The translations under genes were made by a program, and so were the position numbers. Below are positions 1 through 7,965 of a stretch of 64,000 bases of DNA, one piece after another. Location: positions 124,001-188,000 of the IMG/VR virus record IMGVR_UViG_3300044796_000657. The stretch is one strand, 5' to 3'. Positions within the stretch are counted from its first letter, which is position 1. The number at the start of each line of letters is the position of its first letter. The notes under the pieces were generated by a model. The model ran no database searches. It was not told the DNA's origin and worked only from the letters and a program-made list of their open reading frames with translations.

Positions 1-535
1 TAGAAGCAAACTGATTGTCAGTATAAATTTCATCATTGTATTCAGGCGAAGGATATTGATCCAATGCAAACTGAATACCCAATTCTTCCGCTTCTTGTGA
101 ACTTTCGCACGCAACGTTTCGCACAAACACATCCATATCACCGTTTACCCATTTGTGAATTACGGCAATACGTGCTTTCCCCAATTTCCAACCCGCATCA
201 ACAAAGATCCCTGCCGAAATAATAGTCTGTTTATCAGTTAAGAGTGGTTCAACCTCAACCGACAGATTTTCAATGGCACGAATGATTTTTGCCGCACCTT
301 CATCGGTTTGTCTGTAGTTGTAACGAAGAAGTTCGTCAAGGAGAGTTCTTGTTGAAATTATCCTTGCTGACCGCCAGCCGGTGGGCATAAATTTGATTTC
401 GCCATCTTTGTTAACCCAAACGTTATGCTTGCCACCGGCGTGCGGAATCTGCATGTGATACGAAGTATGTACTTCAACGCTATAACCATGAGCGGTAAGA
501 AGGTCAACAACGTAATTGGCATTTATCCGGTTCAT
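1..535 (-). CDS. hypothetical protein, truncated by window start
   Basis: ATG at 535 just downstream of the 14-bp motif; frame appears to run off the left edge (not in ORF track). Confidence 0.55.
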   Translation of the reverse strand, partial: MNRINANYVVDLLTAHGYSVEVHTSYHMQIPHAGGKHNVWVNKDGEIKFMPTGWRSARIISTRTLLDELLRYNYRQTDEGAAKIIRAIENLSVEVEPLLTDKQTIISAGIFVDAGWKLGKARIAVIHKWVNGDMDVFVRNVACESSQEAEELGIQFALDQYPSPEYNDEIYTDNQFAS

Positions 536-543
536 GTTATGTG

Positions 544-557
544 GGGTGTATGGTCAC
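544..557 (-). repeat. 14-bp junction element GTGACCATACACCC, copy 1
   Basis: exact gggtgtatggtcac on + strand. Confidence 0.95.
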
Positions 558-563
558 AGTTCC

Positions 564-812
564 CTACATTTCATCAGATTTGATAATCTTAATTTCATAC
601 TGTCCTAGCTTATCTTCGTCCATGTATGATAAGGCTAAGTAGCAATCAGCACGGGTTTTGAAACATGCCAAAGGCATATCTTCTGCCGCTTTGCCACTGA
701 CTATGTCATAACAGGGAATGACACCACTGCCCCAATTAATGTCCGTGTAGTAAGCACGATAGCCATCATCCTTTACAAGATCGGCATGACGAAGTTCAAT
801 GGCATAACGCAT
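564..812 (-). CDS. hypothetical protein
   Basis: 82 aa ORF with AAGGAG SD, flanked by two motif copies. Confidence 0.7.
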   Translation of the reverse strand: MRYAIELRHADLVKDDGYRAYYTDINWGSGVIPCYDIVSGKAAEDMPLACFKTRADCYLALSYMDEDKLGQYEIKIIKSDEM

Positions 813-837
813 AAGTTTGCTCCTTAATTAAACTTAT

Positions 838-851
838 GGGTGTATGGTCAC
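838..851 (-). repeat. 14-bp junction element, copy 2
   Basis: exact match. Confidence 0.95.
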
Positions 852-871
852 AGGTGAGGCTTCATGATATT

Positions 872-1201
872 CTATCCACAAGGATGTAAGATAATTGGAT
901 TAGCCAAACGATAGGCAAAACTTGTGTGAGGAAATCCCGTTTTTCGCATGAGTTTTGGCAATTGAACTTTATGACGAACCAAAGTACCAACTCTGAACAT
1001 TTCAAATAACGCAGCATTGGCTAAGTTCGAAATGACATCATTGGTTTTTGTTGTTCTCATCGTTCCCTTAAATTTCAAATGAAACTCATAATGAAAAACT
1101 TTTGATGAATTGGCAATTTCACCATTTTCATGTAACCATTTTACAATCCAATCATGCATTTCTTGCTTTTTAGCTTTTGCATATGCAGTTAACATTTTCA
1201 T
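872..1201 (-). CDS. hypothetical protein
   Basis: 109 aa ORF in operon orientation. Confidence 0.65.
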   Translation of the reverse strand: MKMLTAYAKAKKQEMHDWIVKWLHENGEIANSSKVFHYEFHLKFKGTMRTTKTNDVISNLANAALFEMFRVGTLVRHKVQLPKLMRKTGFPHTSFAYRLANPIILHPCG

Positions 1202-1256
1202 TCCTGTAAAGGTGTGAGACGAATGGGATCATCCATGTTAACCTCTTGTTGAAGTG

Positions 1257-1270
1257 AGGGGTATGGTCAC
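1257..1270 (-). repeat. 14-bp junction element, variant copy 3 (GTGACCATACCCCT)
   Basis: 12/14 match; contains TGA stop of ORF 1267-1488. Confidence 0.85.
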
Positions 1271-1488
1271 AAGTTCTTTATGATGTAGTCTTTGACGATC
1301 TGCGGGGTAACAGGATCACGAACTACTCCCCACGGCTCTAAGTTTTCGATACCAAGTTGTTGCATAGTGACGACGAAACTTTTGGTACAGGTTGGATTCC
1401 TGATTTTAACGTTGTCCTTTCCAACGAAGTAACTCCACTCTTTTTCATCAATATGAACTTTTCGGGAAAGGGGCTTGGAAGTTCGCAT
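1267..1488 (-). CDS. hypothetical protein
   Basis: 73 aa ORF ending inside the motif. Confidence 0.65.
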   Translation of the reverse strand: MRTSKPLSRKVHIDEKEWSYFVGKDNVKIRNPTCTKSFVVTMQQLGIENLEPWGVVRDPVTPQIVKDYIIKNL

Positions 1489-1523
1489 CTTAGTCTATCC
1501 TTAAGGTTGAGGTTCTGTAACTT

Positions 1524-1949
1524 TTACTCTTCCCTTGTCTTCAACCATCGCAAATATTCACGACCTATGCGAGTACTAACAAATTGTTTCCACAATCCTC
1601 GCCCATACGCATACATGAAAACATCGTAGCGAGAATACCCATGCCTACGACCAAAAATGCCAGTGAAGAAACAGAACGGATCGCTAGGAGGTGGGCAAGT
1701 AGGTTCACGATCAAGAAGAAAATCAGAACCATTCCATCGCCAATACTTCCAACCGGATATTCCACAATTAAAGTTTGGCGATATTGGCAATGGACATACA
1801 GATTTTCTGGGCTTATGCCAACCACTTAGAAACTTCCACCAAAAACACGCATACCAAGAAGGGTACAATTCAGTACCCCACTTGTTCCGCATTTTCCAAT
1901 AGTTAACAGGTGGCCAGCCAACTATGAATTTGTAGAGTTTCCAAAACAA
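1524..1949 (-). CDS. Trp-rich hypothetical protein
   Basis: 141 aa ORF, TTG start 8 nt after GAGG, directly behind a sigma70 promoter. Confidence 0.6.
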   Translation of the reverse strand: MFWKLYKFIVGWPPVNYWKMRNKWGTELYPSWYACFWWKFLSGWHKPRKSVCPLPISPNFNCGISGWKYWRWNGSDFLLDREPTCPPPSDPFCFFTGIFGRRHGYSRYDVFMYAYGRGLWKQFVSTRIGREYLRWLKTREE

Positions 1950-1975
1950 GACATAATCCTCATTGGTTGACTTTG

Positions 1976-2004
1976 ACTATATCATACGTCAAGACTCATG
2001 TCAA
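1976..2004 (-). promoter_or_regulatory. sigma70-type promoter TTGACA-N17-TATAGT
   Basis: near-consensus boxes with 17-nt spacer, intergenic. Confidence 0.8.
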
Positions 2005-2005
2005 G

Positions 2006-2032
2006 AAAAAACCCTGCCTAAGCAGGGTTTTT
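2006..2032. terminator. intrinsic terminator hairpin
   Basis: aaaaaaccctgc-cta-agcagggttttt inverted repeat with A/T tracts. Confidence 0.7.
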
Positions 2033-2365
2033 AATCGCCTCATGAATACTCCAATACTTATCAGCATTGAAAAGAGCCTTCTCCATGTTCTTCCTACCCA
2101 CGGCATTCATTGAGTGGATTGTCCACGTTAACCTTGTAAGTGTGCCATGATATGCTTGTTCTTCAATCCACTTTGCTACATCCATTCCAGAACCGGCACC
2201 TGCCCCAAGATCATGATCCAACGAAATGAACGTACATCGTCCCTGCTTCAAATAATTGATAGCAACAGGCGCAGACTTAGCCCAAACCTCATCACCCTCA
2301 GAACCGAATTGGCTCTGAATGATGCGTTTTGTGGGATCACGTTCATCGTCTAACCAAATTTTCAT
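2018..2365 (-). CDS. cyclic-phosphate-processing receiver-like domain protein
   Basis: MKIWLDDER, ISLDHDLG and IHSMN motifs. Confidence 0.7.
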   Translation of the reverse strand: MKIWLDDERDPTKRIIQSQFGSEGDEVWAKSAPVAINYLKQGRCTFISLDHDLGAGAGSGMDVAKWIEEQAYHGTLTRLTWTIHSMNAVGRKNMEKALFNADKYWSIHEAIKNPA

Positions 2366-2655
2366 TTCACCAACCACTCCCAAACATCATTGTCATTTGT
2401 GAATTCAACAGTTTCAATTTCGGTCGGCGTTTCCACGTTCCATTTATTCGCACTCAAAATATTATTTTTGAGCCTCAAAACACGAAATTCTCGCTTTTGA
2501 TTGGCGATAACTACCGTGCCTTTATGACTATCCGACGAGAAGAGAGACTTCAACTCTTCAAGTAAGTTGTCTTTGTCTTTTTCATCATATTCTATATGCG
2601 AAAGACGATTGCCCATTGTTTCATCTACTACACTTAACAAATTACCGTATTTCAT
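2362..2655 (-). CDS. hypothetical protein
   Basis: 97 aa ORF overlapping its neighbours. Confidence 0.6.
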   Translation of the reverse strand: MKYGNLLSVVDETMGNRLSHIEYDEKDKDNLLEELKSLFSSDSHKGTVVIANQKREFRVLRLKNNILSANKWNVETPTEIETVEFTNDNDVWEWLVK

Positions 2656-3271
2656 AATTAATCTCCACTGGAAAATCTTCGGGAATAGAAACCTTACTAT
2701 CCATTCTAAAGCTCGTAAACATACGATTTGTAATCACCTTCGTGATCTTCATATGCCTCGCATTCATTTTGCCGTACGGTGTTTGATACTCTCGTATACC
2801 CTTACGAAAATTGCCAACCCACACGATATAGGAAGCAGGAATGAGTGTCGGCCTTGCAGGAACTTGTTTGTAGGTAAAATACAACCTAAAAAACAAACCA
2901 CGGTACTTTAACGCCAAATTCATTCTATCAGTTGTTTCTTTGTCCGCTAAAACAAACTTACGTTCCCATCCACCTCCACGCCAATTCATGCTACCAATAT
3001 GACCACTTGGGGAAATGTAGCGCATCCAAGGATCTTCGCCATCACTCACAGCATCCAAACATAACGGCTCATCACTCTTGAAAGAGGAGTATGGTGGTGA
3101 AGTATACTTCAATTCCCAATTGAAAATATCACCAACCTTAATTGTATCACCGAAACCACTCAATGAAGATTTGATTTTAGGATCATTCAATCGGTGCATC
3201 TTTGTGCCGATTTGAATAGAACCAACACCCATTGCGCCAAAAGACGAAATTGCGGCAACCATACTTTTCAT
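2642..3271 (-). CDS. hypothetical protein
   Basis: 209 aa ORF, ATGA-coupled to upstream gene. Confidence 0.7.
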   Translation of the reverse strand: MKSMVAAISSFGAMGVGSIQIGTKMHRLNDPKIKSSLSGFGDTIKVGDIFNWELKYTSPPYSSFKSDEPLCLDAVSDGEDPWMRYISPSGHIGSMNWRGGGWERKFVLADKETTDRMNLALKYRGLFFRLYFTYKQVPARPTLIPASYIVWVGNFRKGIREYQTPYGKMNARHMKITKVITNRMFTSFRMDSKVSIPEDFPVEINYEIR

Positions 3272-3480
3272 TTTTTCACCTTTTTATTAACTACCTTCTC
3301 TGCCTTTTGAATGTCTCGCATAACAAAGCCCCAATCTGACGCCAAAGCAATTGCATCTGCCTGATTTGGATCTTGTGGAAAGTTGTATTCTTGAAGTGTC
3401 CCACCAATATCAATGCTACGAGCTACACCCTCCAAAAAGGAGGGCCGAGCAAAAAATGGGTAGAAATCTAATGAGTTCAT
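3268..3480 (-). CDS. conserved-looking small hypothetical protein
   Basis: FARPSFLEG..DIGGTLQEYN..AD..ALASDW pattern; TTGATA-N16-TATAAT at 3487-3514 just upstream. Confidence 0.7.
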   Translation of the reverse strand: MNSLDFYPFFARPSFLEGVARSIDIGGTLQEYNFPQDPNQADAIALASDWGFVMRDIQKAEKVVNKKVKK

Positions 3481-3515
3481 AAAGACATTATACGCTTTTT
3501 TTTGATTTTATCAAC

Positions 3516-3752
3516 TCAATCATTAACGATGAGAAGTTTGATTTGACCACCACCTTCATTCAAACCAACGTACCGCCAACCGTACGTATCTTCACCAGTG
3601 GAATCCTTATCGGTTTTAACATAACGAAACCGAATTTGCTCATTCCCCCTCTGAACATAAATAACTTGTTCAGTACGGAAGCCGGGAAGTTGAGATATTT
3701 CCACAGACCAACTGTTGCCTTCGCAAAAAAGACTTTCAAAGGGAATGGGCAT
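3516..3752 (-). CDS. hypothetical protein
   Basis: 78 aa ORF with GGAG SD. Confidence 0.6.
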   Translation of the reverse strand: MPIPFESLFCEGNSWSVEISQLPGFRTEQVIYVQRGNEQIRFRYVKTDKDSTGEDTYGWRYVGLNEGGGQIKLLIVND

Positions 3753-3769
3753 GTTAACTCTCCAAGGGG

Positions 3770-4132
3770 TTAGTACAATCTTGATTTATAGTTACCAGAA
3801 TTCACACGGCGTATGATCTTTTTGATGGTGAGTTTTTTTACTTTCTCAAATTTTGTGTAAGAACGTTCTTGTAACTTATTGAGCTCAAAACGGCCAAGCA
3901 ACCTCGTAATATCTGTTGTTTGTAAGTCTCGCCCAAGTCGCTTTCTTAAACATCCAAGACATAACTGCTGGATACAACGCCCCCGTGTCGCCTCTAGCCA
4001 GACATCACTTGGGGCATAATACAAAAACGAATTACAACAATGATACCTTTCCCCATAAAAGGAAGAATGGATGATGTGTTTCGGAGTCGGTTTTTTACAA
4101 TCGTGGCATCGAGTAACCTTTCTCTTGGCCAT
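3770..4132 (-). CDS. Cys-rich putative Zn-binding protein
   Basis: CxxC pairs; LCLGCLRKRLGR. Confidence 0.6.
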   Translation of the reverse strand: MAKRKVTRCHDCKKPTPKHIIHSSFYGERYHCCNSFLYYAPSDVWLEATRGRCIQQLCLGCLRKRLGRDLQTTDITRLLGRFELNKLQERSYTKFEKVKKLTIKKIIRRVNSGNYKSRLY

Positions 4133-4143
4133 GACATTAACCC

Positions 4144-4455
4144 TTACACGTGAGGGGATTGGTAATAACTACGTTCGCCGAGTATGAACTTCGTGCCGTT
4201 GATAGATTCTCCCTTCAAGACCCAACGCCCATTCTTCCGCTTGGTGGCAACGTACGTCGCACCTTCAGGGTTCGGCGTGTATTCGTAGATTTGATTTTCC
4301 GTATAGGGGCCGTTGTCGTCAATTCGCTTGTATGAATCGGATTGGAGCGTAATCTCCCGGTCGCTCTTGATAGCAATGATTGTGAAAGGATAGCGGTCGG
4401 AGCCTGCCGGTTGAAAAGCACCCATACCTACTACGGGAACAATGGGGTCACTCAT
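4144..4455 (-). CDS. phage hypothetical protein
   Basis: start MSDPI after AGGAG; VGMGA...SDRYPFTI pattern. Confidence 0.7.
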   Translation of the reverse strand: MSDPIVPVVGMGAFQPAGSDRYPFTIIAIKSDREITLQSDSYKRIDDNGPYTENQIYEYTPNPEGATYVATKRKNGRWVLKGESINGTKFILGERSYYQSPHV

Positions 4456-4489
4456 AGCCAACTCCTGTTGAGGTTTATTACAACCAACA

Positions 4490-4503
4490 GGGTGTATGGT
4501 CAC
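4490..4503 (-). repeat. 14-bp junction element, copy 4
   Basis: exact; contains TGA stop of ORF 4500-4733. Confidence 0.95.
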
Positions 4504-4733
4504 TTACCCAACATCACGGCAATCGGCGCATATTGGGCATGATGGAATTGATCTTCGATAGCTTTCCGAATCACTTTATCCAATTCAACCCGCAAAGGGT
4601 CGCCAAGAGGATAACATGACATCACCCGAAAATCTTGAAGTGATTGCTCAATGACTTTCATTGCTGCATCAATCGCCGTCTTCGTCACATGGTCAAGACT
4701 GATAATCGCAATAGCCATGACTATCTCCCACAA
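4500..4733 (-). CDS. hypothetical protein
   Basis: 77 aa ORF ending inside the motif. Confidence 0.55.
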   Translation of the reverse strand: MWEIVMAIAIISLDHVTKTAIDAAMKVIEQSLQDFRVMSCYPLGDPLRVELDKVIRKAIEDQFHHAQYAPIAVMLGK

Positions 4734-4772
4734 TGAGAATTACCGAATGACATAAAGAATAGCATTTTATAG

Positions 4773-5582
4773 TCACTCGCCCGCTTCTGGTTGTGCTCCA
4801 AAAAACAAAACGTTAACCCGATTGGCAACCTTATTGAGAGGCGGCATATCCAAACGGACATACTCCGTTCGCTCAATTTCCAAATCCGGATTCAAGCGGG
4901 CATGATGTTTCGGAGGCAAGGATTCCAAATCAACAGCCCTTAACTTGCTGCTGAATCTTCGCCGTTGGATATAAGAACCCCGCTTGAAGAAATCGGGATA
5001 GTTGTTCCAATTAACACCCTTTTTGAAAAGCATTTCCTGTTTTTCAGAACCAGTTTTGTGCATAAGCTCGCCGTGACTGTAAAACTCTTGTGCAGCCATT
5101 GAAATTGAATTCTTCGTGGCATCAAACTCACGCCACAAAAATGCGTTCGCACCCTCTTCAAGTGTCGGCAATTGCCAAACCCGACAATCGAAAACCGGTT
5201 CCGCTGCCGTTTTTTCGGCGATGAAACTTGGAAGCAAGCGATTGAATTTGACCGAACACTTTGCCGCCAAAACACTCACCATCTTCTGGATTCGGCCATC
5301 AAAATAGATTTGACTTTCCGTAGTGCCAGAATACCATGCCAGCGTGATTTCGTCCGATTGCGTATAACCACAAACAGCATTGGTTTCCTCAACAAGATAC
5401 TTAACCGTCTCGATCATAAGATCGGACAATCGTTTGTCATAAGGCCGTTCAAGTCCGTTGGTGAACTTGGAAAACCCCTTGCCATCCAAACGGGCAACAA
5501 TTGGCAAAAGAGGCAGAAACCTTCGTCCTGCTTCCATGCCTTCCAAATACTTCATTCGGTCGCCGAAAACATCAGTTATCAC
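4773..5582 (-). CDS. thg1: tRNA(His) guanylyltransferase Thg1-like protein (3'-5' polymerase)
   Basis: RLDGKGFSKFT, YTQSDEI, FDGRIQK and FDCRV motifs. Confidence 0.92.
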   Translation of the reverse strand: MITDVFGDRMKYLEGMEAGRRFLPLLPIVARLDGKGFSKFTNGLERPYDKRLSDLMIETVKYLVEETNAVCGYTQSDEITLAWYSGTTESQIYFDGRIQKMVSVLAAKCSVKFNRLLPSFIAEKTAAEPVFDCRVWQLPTLEEGANAFLWREFDATKNSISMAAQEFYSHGELMHKTGSEKQEMLFKKGVNWNNYPDFFKRGSYIQRRRFSSKLRAVDLESLPPKHHARLNPDLEIERTEYVRLDMPPLNKVANRVNVLFFGAQPEAGE

Positions 5583-5605
5583 AAAAAATCCTCTATTTGC
5601 GAAAA

Positions 5606-5619
5606 GGGTGTATGGTCAC
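5606..5619 (-). repeat. 14-bp junction element, copy 5
   Basis: exact; contains TGA stop of ORF 5616-5855. Confidence 0.95.
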
Positions 5620-5855
5620 TCAGGTTTGGGATCACCGAAAAGAATGGTATCAATGTAATTCTCTTGCAACCACGAAGACGGAAGATCGCCTTTTTCGCCC
5701 CTTGTAGAAACCAGTTCCAGTGTAGATTGAAAGCGTACCCCATCGGTTGCATTTTCAATGTAGTCATAGTCGCTCGCCAAAGCAGCACAAATTTGCACAA
5801 TAACGGCATCGGATGATTCCGCCAACTTCGCCTTGACTTCTTGTTTTGTTCTCAT
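5616..5855 (-). CDS. hypothetical protein
   Basis: 79 aa ORF ending inside the motif. Confidence 0.6.
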   Translation of the reverse strand: MRTKQEVKAKLAESSDAVIVQICAALASDYDYIENATDGVRFQSTLELVSTRGEKGDLPSSWLQENYIDTILFGDPKPE

Positions 5856-5870
5856 TTTACTTCTCAGTGT

Positions 5871-6380
5871 TTACAGATAATCTAACTTAATTACAATGTG
5901 TTTGTCAACCATTAAAGACCAAGAATCCAATTGTTTCTGGATTTCCTTATCCAATGACGTTTGATCGTCTTTGGCAATATCCTTTGGAATTTTCTTGCGT
6001 AAATCTTGGCGTATTTGTCTCATGGCAACTTTGGCATCTTCACCAAGCTGCTTGACACGCTTCTTGTTTTTGTCACGAGTTTCCTCAGTGGCAACAGGAA
6101 TCGTGATACGAACAATCGTCTTCGCAGCATAAGCCGACAAGCCTTCGTGTTGAAGTTGTTTGACTATTACTGAAACGATGTCTGGATCGTAAACATGAAC
6201 GTTAATGCAGTCCCGGTCGGAAGACGAGGAACCGAGATGGGAGATGGGCGTTTTCTGTCCGTAGTATTCCACACGGATAGAGTCAACAAGGCCAACATTA
6301 ACCGTTGAACCATAAATCATGCCGACCTGCGAACAGAAATGATCGTAGCATTTCTCTAATTTGGATCGCAGGTCTTGAAT
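5871..6380 (-). CDS. frr: ribosome recycling factor homologue (start non-canonical or uncertain; first in-frame ATG at 6320)
   Basis: LVDSIRVEYYGQKTPI, IPVATEETR, GEDAKVAMRQIR and KEIQKQLD; RRF-like first helix encoded at 6380-6321. Confidence 0.85.
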   Translation of the reverse strand: MQDLRSKLEKCYDHFCSQVGMIYGSTVNVGLVDSIRVEYYGQKTPISHLGSSSSDRDCINVHVYDPDIVSVIVKQLQHEGLSAYAAKTIVRITIPVATEETRDKNKKRVKQLGEDAKVAMRQIRQDLRKKIPKDIAKDDQTSLDKEIQKQLDSWSLMVDKHIVIKLDYL

Positions 6381-6421
6381 CAGTTTGTCATTGGAAGAAA
6401 CTCCTTATAGGGTGAACTTAT

Positions 6422-6449
6422 AGTATAGCAGAATTACAAATTATGTCAA
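6422..6449 (-). promoter_or_regulatory. sigma70-type promoter TTGACA-N16-TATACT for frr
   Basis: consensus boxes upstream of AAGGAG. Confidence 0.65.
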
Positions 6450-6977
6450 GTGATTTTTTGCTACTGCTTTACAAAAATCAATTAAGCTCTCTTCTGAAAA
6501 AATATTCTTCGCACAATTGGCCATATAAGAAACGATTTGAATATTATCGGGCGTATAGCCTTTGCTGGAATCACGACGATCCAAACTCGCACGATCCGAT
6601 CTTAATCCTTCGTTTGCTCTGGTTGGAAGATGGAATAATTCCCATCCTGTATACGGACATTTGCCACCTTGTTTATCCCATACATTTTTCAAATCTTGAA
6701 GTGTAATAGTAAAATCTCTATTTCTATCTTCGGCATGTCGTCTAGCCGTTTTATGCAATATTCTAAAAGGACTATATTCATCCAATCTGTTGTTCGATTT
6801 TAAATAAGGAAGACCGTAATTTATATCTCTTGGTAAATTCATAGAATTGGAAATACCACAACAATGACGAGAACAGAATTGTTTTCTTTCTAAACGAATT
6901 GAACGATTGAATTCTGCACGGCATCTTTGAAACTCTTTACCGCACTTGTCGCAAATCACATTAACTTTTGTAGTCAT
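6441..6977 (-). CDS. HNH-type (His-Me finger) endonuclease with N-terminal Zn ribbon, probable homing endonuclease
   Basis: CDKC/FCSRHC, KCPYTG, SLDRRDSSKGYTPDNIQIV...N. Confidence 0.8.
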   Translation of the reverse strand: MTTKVNVICDKCGKEFQRCRAEFNRSIRLERKQFCSRHCCGISNSMNLPRDINYGLPYLKSNNRLDEYSPFRILHKTARRHAEDRNRDFTITLQDLKNVWDKQGGKCPYTGWELFHLPTRANEGLRSDRASLDRRDSSKGYTPDNIQIVSYMANCAKNIFSEESLIDFCKAVAKNHLT

Positions 6978-6987
6978 TAAATTCTAA

Positions 6988-7025
6988 CACCTCCATACTG
7001 ATGAAGTTATCATAGTATGGAGGTG
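6988..7025 (-). promoter_or_regulatory. hairpin sequestering the SD of the HNH gene
   Basis: cacctccatact/agtatggaggtg perfect 12-bp inverted repeat containing GGAGGTG 10 nt before ATG 6977. Confidence 0.75.
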
Positions 7026-7044
7026 CAGAGATTTCAAGTGGAAT

Positions 7045-7411
7045 TGGAGGTGTCGAGAATCGAACTCGATTCCTATCGTTCAGCACTAAATTCTTCATTC
7101 ACGTGTGTCTTCAGCATGTTTTTGTTCGCTCACATGGCACATTACTGCGAAGCCATGTTACGCTAATGATCTTACCATTTAGTTAGCCGCTCTTCCAGAC
7201 CATAAGGTGAGCAGCGATCCTGATTTAACAACGGAACTTTCTCCCCTTCAGGCTAGAAGATCAGTTCCGGGCCATTAACCGAAGTTAGGCGGCCATGCGG
7301 AGCTCAGGCTCAACATTTAAAGTTTTTTCATGGAATTTTTACGTGGCCAACCATGAATCCACGACACGCAGAAACTTAACACTCAAACGTAGTCGATACC
7401 AGTTCACCCCC
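7045..7411 (-). ncRNA. ssrA: tmRNA, tag (A)VEPELRMAA
   Basis: 5' GGGGGTGAACTGGTATCGAC; 3' TCGAG-TTCGATT-CTCGA-CACCTCCA with G3.U70 pair; tag ORF 7314-7285 after TTAAAT ending GCC GCC TAA; 367 nt. Confidence 0.93.
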
Positions 7412-7474
7412 ATAGAGAAAGAAACAGTATGACAAAAAAATCGTAATAAACATAGACTCCCTTGCCACACCCTA

Positions 7475-7502
7475 TTTATACCACATATCAATCTATTGTC
7501 AA
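7475..7502 (-). promoter_or_regulatory. sigma70-type promoter TTGACA-N16-TATAAA upstream of tmRNA
   Basis: boxes lie in the intergenic region before ssrA. Confidence 0.6.
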
Positions 7503-7530
7503 GGACATTTTAGCAAAAAATCCAAAAAAA

Positions 7531-7965
7531 TCAAAATTTCAACTGATTCCACCAATGTAAGTCAACAGATGACCTTTTAACTTCCCCATCTTCAAACACA
7601 TAATTGAAGAAATCATCACCAAACTTTGCTTTGATAATTCCAACAAACATTTTGGCACCCATAACTGTCAAGTCGGTATCGCTCACTTCTGGATAACCAT
7701 AAGCAGGCTCCTTGTAATTAGTCGTAATATCCTCCAACACTTCCGGCGTCACTTCCTGAATAAACTTCTTTTGTAGCAAATTTACAATAGCCTCTTTACA
7801 TTCAGCTACCGTAACAGAACCATCCTTATCATCTTGCGAATCGGCACAAGCTTCATCGGCAAGATATTCGATAGGAATACATCCATAACCCAATGTTCCC
7901 AAAACATACCATTCAGCAAGGGAAATACCGTTTTGTTGTAGTAATTCTTTCATAGTTAATCTCAT
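7531..7965 (-). CDS. hypothetical protein
   Basis: TAATG-coupled to upstream ORF. Confidence 0.65.
   Translation of the reverse strand: MRLTMKELLQQNGISLAEWYVLGTLGYGCIPIEYLADEACADSQDDKDGSVTVAECKEAIVNLLQKKFIQEVTPEVLEDITTNYKEPAYGYPEVSDTDLTVMGAKMFVGIIKAKFGDDFFNYVFEDGEVKRSSVDLHWWNQLKF

Noticed and set aside
1922-1954. Short ATG ORF overlapping the start of 1524-1949 as a second uORF switch
   Set aside because: The in-frame TTG at 1949 is well spaced from the SD, so no special mechanism is needed.
544-5619. 14-bp repeats as a CRISPR array
   Set aside because: The repeat is too short, spacing is hundreds to thousands of bp and contains whole genes, and no cas genes are present.
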